DNA of 64,000 bases, taken from assembly GCA_951406725.2 (NCBI GenBank), contig OX597815.1:98394001-98458000 (forward strand), given 5' to 3'. The notes below the pieces were generated by a model that saw only the letters and a list, made by a program, of their open reading frames with translations, had not been told where the DNA came from and searched no databases. Both the position numbers and the translations under genes were made by a program. The stretch comes from Octopus vulgaris (lineage: Eukaryota). Numbering within the stretch: the first letter of the stretch is position 1; the number at the start of each line of letters is the position of its first letter. Of this stretch, positions 13,592-28,144 are shown piece by piece.

Positions 13592-14881
13592 CGAGGGGCG
13601 TTCAATAAGTAATGCCCCTGATCCACTTCCCATAGCAGTAGAGCAACGAAACTTGGCACAGTTATTAGTCTTTTTCTACATAGGAACCACCCAGAGATAC
13701 GCATTTCTCCCATCGTTTGATGCGGCTCTGGAGACCGTTTTTGTAGAAGAACCCATCTTGGTCCTCCAACCTCACCGTGACTTCAGAACTCAAGGCTGCA
13801 TCATCTGGGAAACGCTTTCCTTTCAAAAACAACTTCATGACTGGGAAGAGGTGAAAATCAGAGGGTGCAAGGTCAGGAAAGTAGGGGGATGGGGGAGGAG
13901 TTCATAGCCATACGCCTGTGCTTCTGATCTGGCGACAAGCGAGTTGTGGACCGGAGCGTTGTCATGCAGGAGGAGGATGCCTTTGCTGATCTTGCCTCCC
14001 TTTTTGATTTTGATAACTTCTCTTAATTTCCTCAAAAGTGAAGCATAATAGGCTCCTGCAATTGTGGTACCCTTTGCCAGGAAATCTGTCATCCCTACTC
14101 CGTCCTGGTCTCAGAAGACTGTGAGCATGACCTTGCCAGCGGAAGGCTGCACCCTTGCCTTCTTTGGAGGGGGTGAGTCACGGTGCTTCCACTGCATTGA
14201 CTGGGCTTTGATCTCTGGATCATCGTGATGGACCCAGGTTTCATCCTGTGCAATCAGTCTTTTGAAAAATGTTGACTCATCTTCTTGGCACATCTCCAAA
14301 TTCGCCCTCGAGCACTCGACGCGTTCTTGCTTCTGGAAAGGTGTGAGCAACCTGGCAATCCACCTGGCAGACACATTTTGCATATGCAAATGGTCATGAA
14401 TGATAGTTTCCACAGATCCGGTACTAATCTTGACCTCATGGGCTATTTGGCGAATAATTATGCGTCGATCTTCCAAAGTGGCAGCCTCAACTTGACGGAC
14501 AGATGCCTCATCAATGGCAGAAGGGGTGACCAGATCTGGGAGCTGTTTCCACAGAGTTGCGACCATGTTTCAATTCACGATGCCAGCGTTTTACAAGGTC
14601 ATATGATGGGGCATCATCACCATAAGTTACTTTCATTTCATCAAAAGTCTCCCGTGGTGTGCGCCCTTTCAAATACAAAAACCGGATCACTGCTCGACAC
14701 TCAACAGGCTCCATTTCACACTTGACTCGGTTCAAACACCTGTAAATCAGAAACCACAATTAATTCAGAGCTGTAATGTGCCACTTACTCTATAGAGATA
14801 TCAATGATTGCACATGCAAAATTTCAGCTAGATGCAACAGCTGCAAGTGGGTCAGAGGCATTACTTATTGAACGTCCCTCG
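13592..14881 (-). mobile_element. Near-complete mariner (D,D34D) DNA transposon, ~1.29 kb
   Basis: TIRs cgaggggcgttcaataagtaatgcccctga / tcagaggcattacttattgaacgtccctcg; TA on both sides within (TA)n. Confidence 0.95.
13665..14714 (-). pseudogene. Mariner transposase, disrupted by frameshifts and a stop
   Basis: MEPVECRAVIRFLYLKG..APRSG; WIARLL (WVPxxL motif); QDETWVHH; HDNAPVH; HPP/[YSPDLAPSDF] broken by a frameshift. Confidence 0.9.
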
Positions 14882-15100
14882 TATATATACATATATACAT
14901 ATATACTTATATATACATATACACATACATATACATGCAAACACGCACACACACGCACATATATATATACACACATATATATATCTATATATACCCACAC
15001 ATATATATATTTTTTTCTCCTCATCTTCCTCCCTTATTTTATTTTTATTTTTATTTTCCCTTTTCTCTATTTGTCTCTCCCCCTACTCCAAACACACAGA

Positions 15101-15144
<44 letters not shown>

Positions 15145-15983
15145 CACACAACAAATGTTCAGATGCCATTTGGTGTCTAAGAACTTCGTCTACTTTGTAT
15201 GATTGTACTGTGGAGGTGTGTGTGTGCGTCTCTGTGTTTGTGTGTGTGTGTGTGTGTGTTTGTGTGTATGTGTGTGTGTGTGTGTGTGTCTGTGTGTTTG
15301 GAGTAGGGGGAGAGACAAATAGAGAAATGGGAAAATAAAAACAAAAATAAAATAAGGGAGGAAGATGAGGAGAAAAAAAATATATGTGTGTGTGTATATG
15401 TGGGTATATATATATATATGTGTACATATATATATGTGCCTGTGTGTGCGTGTTTGCATGTATATGTATGTGTATATGTATATATATGTATATATGTGTA
15501 TATGTATATATATATATATATACATATATGTGCTTGTGTATTTGTATGTACGTGTGTCTGTATGTATATACATGAGCATATGTATATATATATATGGATA
15601 TTCGCAGGTGTATGTATGTGGGTTTGTACGTATATTTATTTTATATGTTTTTTCATGTATATTTATCTACTTCTTCCCTCCACTTAACAATAACAAACTG
15701 ACTAAAAGCAATTGTCTTCTAATTTACCTAAAACTCTATTCAATTATTCTATTTATTCATTTATTTACTTTCTCACTGACTCTTCTCATTTCAATAAACT
15801 CTCTGGCCTTTTGACCACTCCCCTAAGAACAATAGTTTGTGCCCTGCTTACCCAAAAAAAGTCCCCACCACCACCCCATTAAATCTGCCTAAATGTATAA
15901 ATACCAGACCTTATTTTGACAGCCAGCTTCCTGAAGATTTCATTTGAATGAAACAGTTCTAGTCCTGTAGAAGCTCCTTCTAT

Positions 15984-15989
<6 letters not shown>
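14882..15989. repeat. Inner left arm (14882-~15150), unique spacer (~15151-15215) and right arm (~15216-15989) of the foldback
   Basis: ttttttctcctcatcttcctccct..ctactccaaacacaca (15010-15100) is inverted at 15290-15380. Confidence 0.85.
15925..15975 (+). ncRNA. Type-I hammerhead ribozyme (intact core, GUA site)
   Basis: Helix I agcttc/gaagct; CTGAAGA; helix II t-ttc(attt)gaa-t; GAAA; helix III ACAG(ttctagtc)CTGT; cleavage expected after A15969. Confidence 0.75.
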
Positions 15990-16040
<51 letters not shown>

Positions 16041-16062
16041 CGGCGTACGTACACTTTGTCGT

Positions 16063-16152
<90 letters not shown>

Positions 16153-16194
16153 TTTATAAATATTTAGATAATATATAAATATATGCATGATAGA

Positions 16195-16375
16195 TCGTTA
16201 GCTACTACACACGTTTTTTCTCTCCTTGTTTTTTTCTGTGTCCCTTTCTGTAGAAGAGCGTATGCTACAAACGTACAAGACTTTTTTCTATTCCTGAGCG
16301 TTATATTAATACATCTGATAGTTTTGTTCACCTCCTGTCTTCGTCTTTTGGTTTTTTTTTCGTAAACTCTCCCTA
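16195..16375 (+). mobile_element. Short element with degenerate HHR (family 2)
   Basis: tttctgtagaagagcgtatgctacaaacgtacaagac..ttcctgagcg..taata..gtcttcgtcttt; related copy at 27040-27190 (-). Confidence 0.55.
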
Positions 16376-16932
16376 TACATACATATATGTACATACCTAC
16401 ATATATATGTATATATACATGCATATATGGGCACAGGACATAAAAAAAACGTTGAACACAATGATAAACGAAAACATAAAAACAAAAACATAGAAATTAA
16501 CTTTTTTTTCCAAACAACGAAAAAACAGAGTACAAGACATACAACACAAGGAATATTCCCCTTCTTCAGTTGGAGTAGATAAAACAGGGACAACTGTATA
16601 CTCACTTGTAAAGACATCGGCGTCTAAGTTCGAATCATTTGAGTGCTACAAAATGTTTTCTATACCGAGAATTTCTGGATCTTTTCTGCTGTCTATACAT
16701 TTAAAAAACATAAGTACATGAAAGGGTTAAATGTTCACCACAACTGCTCTCCGATATGCTTTTTATCGATAAATAATTCGATCAAATTCTTTTAATTCAC
16801 CTAAATTAAAAATTAAAAATTTGATTCGGTGAAAAAATACCAGGATGTGGAGAGTGGATTGACCCTCTCATCTTGACATGAATGACGTGAGGTATGTATG
16901 TATGTATGTATGTATGTATGTATGTATGTATG

Positions 16933-16966
<34 letters not shown>

Positions 16967-16993
16967 TATATATGTATGTGTATATATATATAA

Positions 16994-17108
16994 CGTAATC
17001 ACGTGACCGACCAGACCATCAGATGCTGCTACACATCGCTGGTCACAATAGCTTCGCATTGTTTTAGCCTTCGAATGACGCCACCCCGCTGGCTAAGCGA
17101 GCAGGCCA

Positions 17109-17110
<2 letters not shown>
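16994..17110 (+). repeat. Short interspersed-repeat fragment between microsatellites
   Basis: CpG-rich island flanked by (TATG)n/(TA)n; resembles a SINE 3' region; family not verified. Confidence 0.35.
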
Positions 17111-17146
<36 letters not shown>

Positions 17147-17207
17147 TAAAGATATATATATATATATATATATATATATTCTAAAGATATATATATAGGT
17201 TTTCTAA

Positions 17208-17240
<33 letters not shown>

Positions 17241-18958
17241 CATATGCATTTTTAGAAAAAGAGGAAGTCAGAGAGAGCTGGTGAGTGTGCATGTGCCTGC
17301 GTGTATGAGTGCGCCCTCCATCTCTTCCTCCACTTCCTCCTCTTTCTTGTCCTCCTCCTCCTTCTCCTCCTCCACCAACCCCAACTCCATCATCACCGTC
17401 ACCTCCTCCTACTCCTACTTCTCCCACACTGTGGTATCGTAGTTGACTCGTTCTCTGAAATGCGTGCTCACTATTTTTGCATTTTGCTTTATTTCTAAGA
17501 AATGGTACTTGAAAAATATTCACTTCGTTGTTGTTGCCATCGCCGTTCTCTCCGTCGTTGGCTTTCATCACTCACTATATTAGCTCTGACCAAAGATATT
17601 CTTGCCCAGTGGAATACTACTTTGTATCGTCCCTTTCATACATAGTTCATCTAATATCGCAGTATCCAATATATCCATCCTCCTTTAACTTAAAGAATGT
17701 AGAGTGTAATTTGAAGATGTGGTTCCTACTTCTAGTCAGTTCAGAAACCTTATAAAAGTTTCCTCGTTGGCTCAATTAGAAAAACAATTGCTAATCCTGT
17801 TATGCTGTTGTTTAACATAACGTCAGTCTTCTTTGAGTAGACTTATAATGGAGGGCGTTCATCTTGTGGTTATCTGATCTTTGTTAAGTTGCTGTTTGTC
17901 TCTTTTTAAACAATGTTTCCTTTCGCACTTAGTAATGTTACTGTTTTCTCTAACATTAAAAATGATCGTTTGAGGTCTTCTCATAGGCTTGTTTCTGAAA
18001 CGTATTAATCAGCATGAGGAGGGAATGTGGTAAAACAATTCATAGATTGAATATGAAGAAAACAGAGAAAAGCAACAAAAGGTAGAAAACAGAAATCCTT
18101 GGAACCGTATAGTTTTATTCAGGAGTTCAGTTTGTTCTCAATGAATGTATATATGATTATAACAACTCGCGGGTATAATACAAAAGTTAACGGTTATACA
18201 AGGTGATGTATCTGTAAATAAGTTATTTTTTATCCTTAAGAAAATCAAAGCACACCCTATATATCATAATGTCACAAGAGGTATTCCCCTACAAATAAGA
18301 CAGCCAATAACACGAACAAAAGAATTATCATCAAGGTGGGTTTTCATAGTTTTTAAAAAAGGTTAAAGTTTGACACGAATACTTATACATATATTTTTTC
18401 TGTAATATACAACGGAAAAAATCTAGCTGAGTAGCTGAAAAATCAGCAAATTTCATTCACAGAAAAAAGCACAACAAAAAACGAAGAAAAATACAACTAA
18501 TTACAAAAACAGAATAATTAAAAGAAATAATTGCTTATTTCTTTCATTAATTTACAGTGCCCTTTTCCTCTTTACTTCCATTCACTACTATTATTATTAT
18601 TATTACTGTTGTTTTTGTTGTTGTTGTTGTTGTTGGTGTTGTTACTGTTGTTGCTGTTGTTTGTTGTTGCTGCTGCTGTTGTTGTTATTTATCTATTTAC
18701 TTTTTCATTTATTTGTTTGTTTATGGATTTTTAGTGTACGCAGATTTGTCTGCATGTGAAAATATTCAAATCAATTAATTAAACGGATGTTTAAAAAAAA
18801 GAATGCTGTGGGTAAAATTTGTAAAAGAAAACAAACAAATATCATCAAAACTGAAAGAAATTGTAAAAAAAAAGTTAATAATGAATAAAAAGAGTACGAA
18901 ACAAAAATTACCGACTATATAATTACACAGTAATAAAATACAGTAATAAATAAATAGC

Positions 18959-18996
<38 letters not shown>

Positions 18997-19059
18997 ATAT
19001 ATATATACATACATATATATATACATATATATATACATATATATATATATATACATATC

Positions 19060-19091
<32 letters not shown>

Positions 19092-19097
19092 TATTTA

Positions 19098-19132
<35 letters not shown>

Positions 19133-19781
19133 AAATACATTTATATATATATATATATATATATACATATGGAAATATACATTTACATATGTGTGTATAC
19201 ATATATATATATATAAACATACATTTATATAAATACGTATATACATATATATGTATGTATATATATATATGTATATACATATATATGTATGTATTAGGAA
19301 AATTGTGTAAATATTTATATATGCGTGAGCGTGTTTGTTTGCCTGTGTGTGTATATGTATATAAATGAAAAGAAACATAATAGGACAAAAAACACAACTA
19401 ACTGTTAAAAAGTTTCGAAAAATTTACGAAAAATACCAGTAAAAATCCACTGCACAAACCCATGTCCACATAGTCATTCGCACGCGCATACAAATACACA
19501 TGGATAAATATACAAATATACTAAAATGTATAAATATAATAAAATTTGAAGACGAAAGCATGAAAAATAAATTAAAAGGACCGTTTCTGTTTCATTTATT
19601 TTTATTTGATTACGAAAAAAAAAAAAGAAAAGTCTTAAGAACAGCGAAGATAAATTTCATAAGGAATGAGGTTGTTTGTTAATGAGAGAGCTAATTAGTC
19701 AAGGATTGAGTGTGAAGCAAATATGTTCTTAGTTCTCTCTACATGCAGAAAACTGCATTGCGTGATATTTGGCCTGAGGTT

Positions 19782-20272
<491 letters not shown>

Positions 20273-20344
20273 ACAGAGGATGGTGATTGTTGGTTTTGCA
20301 GAAAATTAATATAACGATGTCTATGAGGATGGTAAGGTTAACAA

Positions 20345-20452
20345 TGCTGCTACTGGTGGTGTTGCTAGTGCTGCTGCTGCTGATGATGATGAAGATGATG
20401 ATCATGATCATGATCATCATGATCATGGTGGTGGTGGTGTTGGTGGTGATGG

Positions 20453-20501
<49 letters not shown>

Positions 20502-20585
20502 AATGACGATGGTGATGATGGTGATGATGAGGATGGTGATGATGGTGATGATGATGATGATGATGATGATGACGATGGTAATGAC
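20345..20585. repeat. (GAT)n/(GGT)n trinucleotide repeat
   Basis: Direct reading. Confidence 0.9.
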
Positions 20586-21294
20586 AGGACTGCGTTGCGG
20601 TTGTGAATATGAATACAGCGGTGATAATGATACCGACAATAGTGCTTATGTTTATGAAGCTTTCCTATATCGCTAGTCATTGCCATGACATTGTCAAAAG
20701 AAACAAAGCGCTGCGTTTATGACCGTTTCCTGCAACTCCAAGACAGGAGAGTTGGAAATATTATGTGTTACCTTCGAACAGCAAATACCTGGCCTAAATA
20801 CTTTCAACAAAATGTAATCTACCAAAGTCAGACTTTTGTTTGGATTAAGCGAGTAACTGATTAACTGTACACTCTGAAATATATAGAGCCAATCTGTGTC
20901 AAGTCTCCACACAGATAGCCTTAACGTAATTTTATAATCCTTGCCTCTATGTTGCGGTAGAGAACGTGTGTGTGAAGTACAGTTCTATATTTAAGAGATG
21001 TGTGTGACGTACCTCGCAGTCAGGTTTGAACGATTAAATTACAACGTGAATCTCCAAGTCACAGGTAAGCGACAGTATCGTAAGTGTTGAATTTGTAGAG
21101 GACAAATTAAAGATTGGATATAGAAATCTAATGGAATGTGCAAGTAAAAGAAAATTTTCAGAACAATGAGCCAGAAATTGTATTGATCTGTGAAGTCTTC
21201 TGTGATTTCCATGATGAAGGAGATATGGAAAGTGATGAGTGAGGAGTTACGACAGCAAAACCGAATGTTTTGAATTATGCTCATCACTGGCATT

Positions 21295-21325
<31 letters not shown>

Positions 21326-21414
21326 GTACACATACAAACAAACAGAAACAGAGACACGCACATGCATATACATACATGCAAGCATATATATATATACATA
21401 TATATGTGTGTATG

Positions 21415-21471
<57 letters not shown>

Positions 21472-22219
21472 AAACATGTAAACAGATTTATATGTATATA
21501 TATTGTTATATTTCGGGATGGTCATTTTTTGACAAATAAGCACACGCACTATATATTCGTTCTTCACTTCAGATTTATTGTTGTTCATATTTTACTATCT
21601 TTTGTCTGGAAAACCTTCCGTTCCACATCCTTCCTTGGTGGGTAGTTAGGTAGGTAAGTAGGTAGGTATATACTTGTATACTTGTATAGAGAGCGGTAAA
21701 TCTTACACGAAATTGTTTAATTAATGTTTATGCAAATATACTGTAGGATTTGATGCGTTTATAATATAGTCGTTGAGGATTTCCTTAGGTTAGCATTTTC
21801 TATATATATCGGGATTGTAATTTAGGTGTTTAATTTTTTTTTTTAAATTGAATATCTTTGTAACTTAGATATATTTTATTATAATTTTATTATATTTTAT
21901 TTTTCTATTTAATATGACTCTTAATATGTATTTTTAACTTTAACCCGTTAATAATAACAACAACAAGATAAATATTCTGAGGACGCACTGGTGATTTATG
22001 TATTAGGTATAGCCTTGATACACACCCAACTAGCGCAGAAATAAGTGTAGCATTGATTACAAATACCTTCTTTCCCCACAGACTAAGAACAGGTAAGTTA
22101 TATTTATTATTTCAACTAATCTTATTATATTTTATAGAAGATTTTTATATTATTTTATTGGATATAACTTTCTATTCCATACAATAAGGTTATCCTGAAA
22201 TAGGAGTTGATGTTGTATT

Positions 22220-22279
<60 letters not shown>

Positions 22280-22355
22280 TAGATAGATAGATAGATAGAC
22301 AGATAGATAGATACATACATACATACATACATACATACATACATACATACATACA

Positions 22356-22391
<36 letters not shown>

Positions 22392-22419
22392 TGTGTGTGT
22401 ATATATATATATACATATA

Positions 22420-22820
22420 GGCGCAGGAGTGGCTGTGTGGTAAGTAGCTTGCTAACCAACCACATGGTTCCGGGTTCAGTCCCACTGCGTGGCATCTTGG
22501 GCAAGTGTCTTCTGCTATAGCTCCGGGCCGACCAATGCCTTGTGAGTGGATTTGGTAGACGGAAACTGAAAGAAGCCTGTCGTATATATGTATATATATG
22601 TATATATGTATGTGTGTGTTTGTCCCCCTAGCATTGCTTGACAACCGATGCTGGTGTGTTTACGTCCCCGTCACTTAGCGGTTCGGCAAAAGAGACCGAT
22701 AGAATAAGTACTGGGCTTACAAAGAATAAGTCCCGGGGTCGATTTGCTCGACTAAAGGCGGTGCTCCAGCATGGCCGCAGTCAAATGACTGAAACAAGTA
22801 AAAAGAAAAAAAGAAAAAGA
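22420..22820 (+). mobile_element. Full-length tRNA-derived SINE (main family)
   Basis: ggcgcaggagtggctgtgtggtaag (A-box-like), gggttcagtccc (B-box-like), gggcaagtgtcttct core, internal (TA/TG)n, conserved tail ending aagtaaaaaga. Confidence 0.9.
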
Positions 22821-24909
22821 TATATACATATACGCAGACGCGCATGCGCACAAACTCGCGCAAGCTCACACAAATATATACGAAAGCGTCCACATAGTAT
22901 ATTTATAATACTACTTTAATATCATATTAATACGAATCATCATCTTTCGTAGAATATCATGTTGCTGCTCAGGTTCCTACTGTATAGCGTGTTTGTGACA
23001 CAATGTGACTGAATCTGAAAAGAAACAAAATAACAGGATGTTCACTACTAGAACGATTTAATTATATGTATGCTCATACTATTGTTGGTTATGATGATTA
23101 TGAGGATGATGGTTATGGTGACAAAATGGTTGAGGTGCCGGTGGTAACTATTGTGGTGTTGTTGCAGCTGATGATGATAACCATGAGGATAATTGTGGTG
23201 CTTGTGGTGGTGATGATAATGACAACGACAATGACGGCTGTGGAGGTTTTAGTGGTTGCGGTGATGAGGATGAGGTTGACAACGACGACGACGACGACGT
23301 TGATGATGATGATGCCGATGAAGACGTGATGGTGTTGGTGGTGAACACAACATCGACGACGGCGGTGAGGGCGAACTTCTATGTCGGTTATTGTGCTGCA
23401 GTTCATGTCATGCCGGTTTTATTTCCTATGCAACAGTTAACTGACATCCTGGGACATTATCTAAAACACTATGCACGTGTATGGCGTTCTTTCTACATAG
23501 ATAAATGAACTTTTCATTAGACTATACTTGTTTATTGTTTGAGTTGTTGACGCTCTTATTGTGATTTTGATTTCTTGCTGTTTTTCTTCATGTTATGCTT
23601 GTTGCGCTTGTGTGTTTTTGACTGTTTCCTTTCTATAGATTCAATTTAAATTCAGGATTTGCTCGTTTGTAATTGTATGTACATTTTTTTGTAATTTGTT
23701 CTTTGTATATTTTATATTTTTCTTTGTCTCCTTTCTATTATGTTCTATCCTTGTCTGTATTATGCTATTCTTTCTCTATAGTATATTCCCCTTTCTTCTG
23801 TTGTTTGCTTAGCAGAAAGAATAATCGGCGCCTACTCTAGACCTGTATTGTCAAAGTAACTTTTACTCGGATTATTAGAGTAAAATCAGTTCTTTCTCTT
23901 CATTATTTGCAAACAAGCAAACCAAAGAGAGAGAACACTATATATACCAAACGATCTTTAAATGAAACGAAAAAAAATAAATAAAGGCAAAAAATTATTC
24001 AAATCAATACATATAAAATGGAAGCATAAAAACAAAATGTTTTCTACCGGAAACAGGAAAGTTCATTCAGAAGACACTTAGTAGTAACTGATATTGGGTT
24101 TTGAAAACGAAGAAACGACAACGCGACGAATTTTCGATTAATGAAGTGAAAACATAATAAGCGATTGTTAGTTACTTTCACTGTGATTGAAGCAGCCTTT
24201 CACGACATATAATTGGATTATTTTTTCGCATGTTTATAGTAAACAAAACCAACAGAAAACATGTGAAAATATATTTAAGACGAAAAAGCAATTTAAAAAA
24301 GATAAAGTTAAAATAAACGAAAATCATGGTAAACAAAATGGTTAGGTAAAAAAATAAACTACAGATAAAAAAAAATGTATACAAACGGAGGCAAAGAGCG
24401 TGCAAAGATGTTAGAGTAAACTAATATACTACACCTTGCATCAATGACTTTGATGCTAAATTACAAACAACGTAGGTAGAGAAACACAAAACGGCGAGTG
24501 AAAGACACAAAAGGTGTAATTTAAACTGAAACTAAAACTTGAAGAGGCAGAAAACGAAACAAAAAATAAACAAGGAAATAGTATATACAAAATATATAAA
24601 AGTAAGTGAAAAATCTCATTTTTAACAGGTGCAATCAATAAGTTAAACAAGGAGAAAAACAAAATAGTGACGTGAGCAACAACAAAGTGAAGAACACCGA
24701 ATATAGCAATAAATGAGAGGATATGCCACAAATTTAACAAACGTGCAACTGATTATAGTGATCGTTGTACACTTAAGTAATTATACAATGCAGTAAAAAT
24801 AGTGAATATAAGAATATATACATAGATACTAAATGAGATGATGCTTTCTGCAGCTCAGTAGTGTGCTTCACATAAACATAAGCACGTACATAAGCATGCA
24901 GAGATATAT

Positions 24910-25053
24910 GGAAGTGGTAAGTCGTTCGCTTCGCTACAAAGTGGTTTCTGGTTCAGTTCTTCTGCGTGCACTTTGTGTGACTTGTTCTACAACCTCCTGA
25001 CAGGCAAAGTTTTCTGAGTGGATTTAGGGGCTGGAAACTGAAAGAAGCACACC

Positions 25054-25060
<7 letters not shown>
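24910..25060 (+). mobile_element. Degenerate SINE head (main family)
   Basis: gtggtaag..ggttcagttc..ctgcgtg..gagtggattt..ggaaactgaaagaagc. Confidence 0.65.
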
Positions 25061-25091
<31 letters not shown>

Positions 25092-25187
25092 AATAAGTAA
25101 CAAGGCTTTATTTGACATCCTCACTTCGAGCTGTGCAGATAATACCAGACTGATTTGGTGCCTCAATTTAAATACCTAATTCAACTG

Positions 25188-25248
<61 letters not shown>

Positions 25249-25344
25249 CACATATGTATATATATTTACATAAATATTTATGAAATATATATAATATATA
25301 TGCATGTGTGTGCGTGCACATGTGTATATATATTCATATGCATA

Positions 25345-26135
25345 TGAATGTTGGCTGAAAAGTTCTTAAGATGACTATGCAGTAGTGATGCTAGAACTGT
25401 TAAATTTTGCATGCATTACTTTCAACGCTTCTTAGTTATAACTGCATTGCTCCCTTTCCAGATAAACTGAAATCTGCTTATTCAAACAACACTTCAAAAG
25501 TGAGTCGTAGCTACACCTCTTGAAAAGAGATAAAACCGTGCATCACGTTGTTATGAAGTACCTTCAGAAAAGAGTGTGGCCCCCCAAGGACATTCATGCT
25601 ATATTTGCTACATTTTAGGATAACACTTCAGATGTATCAGCATGTAAAAATGGGCTGCCGAATAGAGGAGAGAAGGGGAGAGTTTTGAAGATAACCCAAG
25701 GTCTGGACGTTCTGCAACTACCACCATGGAGGAAGACATCGTGTTTTCCACGTGGTGATGGGTGACAGGTGATTGACAATAAATTAAATAGTCAACGCTA
25801 TTAGCATGTCCCCTGAGAATATTCTGTACAATGAACTTGGCATGACGAGGGTTTCTTCTCGATGGGTGACGTGTCTTCTAATACTTGATCAAAAGCACAG
25901 CAGGCAGATTACATCACAGGAAAATCTAACATTGTTCGAAGCAGAGCCACCTGGATCCCTTGAACATTTCCTAACACAGAATGAGTGTTCGGCTCGCTTC
26001 TCTGAGCCAGAGACAAAGAGATGATCCATGCAGTAGAAAGCTCGCTCTTTACCTACCCCAAAGACATTTCATTAACCTGAAAGGTTACAGCCTCAGCTTT
26101 GGTGGATGCAAAAGGCATTGTGTTTATTGACCATC
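25345..26135 (+). mobile_element. Decayed, 3'-truncated mariner transposon
   Basis: TIR-like ta|tgaatgttggctgaaaagttc; remnants EDNPRSGR, ILYNELGMTRVSSRWVTCLL, QNEC..EPETKR, DAKGIVFIDHL. Confidence 0.8.
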
Positions 26136-26171
26136 TGACCATTGTACATACGTACCCACCCAAAAGTAGTC

Positions 26172-26231
<60 letters not shown>

Positions 26232-26966
26232 GTATGCATGTATGTATGTATATGTGTGTGTGTGTGTGTATTTCAAAAGTAAATTTTACCTCTAAACATG
26301 ATTTGTACCACATAGAAAAGCAGTTTAGCTAAACCTCAGGTCTAATTAACTTCAGTTGTTTAAATCGTTGCATGGTGATCAGTGAATGAATCACTGATTT
26401 GGCCGCTGCCAAATGGTAATTGCCTGCTGACAATTAATCTCATTGGGCATATAGCTTAGTGAATCATTCACTCGTCTTTTTGCGACGTTATAAACAACAG
26501 CAAGTGATGGGACCACAAGATTAGCTAAACTGATTATGTATGTTTTACGAGTGTTGAAAGACATAAGGTTTATATTTGAAATGTATGTAGAATTTACTTA
26601 CTTTTCCAATTCTTTGCGTTCTTTGGTTTTTATTTTTATATTTTGCAAATTTTCACTGCTAAGCGATGAGGTGCACTGTGACAATCAAAAATATAGAATT
26701 CACCATCAATTTGAAAATGGTACTAATTGTATAAACTACGCTCATCAATAAACTTTCTTAACTGGATATTTGTCATTTCTACAGGCTGTGTACATGCAAC
26801 ATGCTGACTAACTACTAAGATCTTTTTGGATCGTACTACCTAAATCCCCATTTCTGCATGTGTATGTATATGTATGTATGTACGTATATGTATGGCTGGC
26901 TGTATGAATATGTATGCATGTATGCATGTATCTATCTGTCTATTTATCTAACCCTCTATCCATGTA

Positions 26967-27039
<73 letters not shown>

Positions 27040-27041
<2 letters not shown>

Positions 27042-27190
27042 ATAGTTGGAATTTGCAAAAAACAAAAGACGAAGACAAGTGTGTAAACAACAAACAGGTA
27101 TTTTAGTTTAATGCTCGGGAAGGTGAGAAAGTCTTTTACGTTTCGAGCCTACGCTTTTCAAAAGAAAGGAAGTCAAGAAAATAGACACAG
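27040..27190 (-). mobile_element. Short element with degenerate HHR (family 2)
   Basis: Minus strand: tttcttttgaaaagcgtaggctcgaaacgtaaaagactttc..ttcccgagc..gtcttcgtcttt. Confidence 0.55.
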
Positions 27191-27272
27191 ATATGCATAT
27201 ATGCATGTATATATAAACATATGTATGTCTACATACATGTATATGTATATATATACGCGCACACACACAGAC

Positions 27273-27327
<55 letters not shown>

Positions 27328-28022
27328 CACATATATGTACATATCCAAAAAGATATATATATACACACATATATATGTATATCCTTATACATACTTGTAT
27401 ACATATATATATGTGTATGAGTATATGCATGTGTATGTGTGTGTGTGTGTGTATGATTGTATACATATATAAATAGATCGAAACATTGATAGATACATAC
27501 ATACAATCTTTGTATATGATGGCTGTCCACTCGTGATCGAGGAAGACCATTGCTGACTATTAAGTACATTCTGCTGTCAGGCCATAATATATTTTACAGT
27601 TGTGGCCCCGGTGGTGATTGTACCCAGCTCTTGACAAACGTACACGTCTGCTGATTCACATACATACTTTCCCCATTCACATACATACATGCATACATAT
27701 GTGTATGTGTGTTAGTATGCTAGGCTAACGGTATATGTATGTATGTATGTATGTATGTTTGTGTGTATGTATGTATGTATGTATGTATGTATGTATGTAT
27801 GTATGTATGTGTGTATGTATGTATGCATGTATGTATATCTGTATGTATTTATGTACCTATGCATGCCGATATGTTTGTGTGGCCGTATATGCGTATATGT
27901 TTGTGCGTGTATATATGTTTGTGTGTTGAGAGTAGACGGTTGTATTAAAAAGTTTAAGAGAATTTTGCTTTCAACAGCAAGTCTTTAACAACTACACCAA
28001 TACGAACATACACTTGTAAACG

Positions 28023-28066
<44 letters not shown>

Positions 28067-28106
28067 TGTGTGTTTGTATGTGTGTATATACATATATATA
28101 TATAAG

Positions 28107-28144
<38 letters not shown>

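Noticed and set aside
16540-16575. Minus-strand CTGAAGA followed by a hairpin (ggaatattcc)
   Set aside because: No GAAA/NUH or helix I partner in position, so not a hammerhead.
20690-21290. Possible LINE endonuclease remnant
   Set aside because: No convincing conserved motif could be read in any frame.
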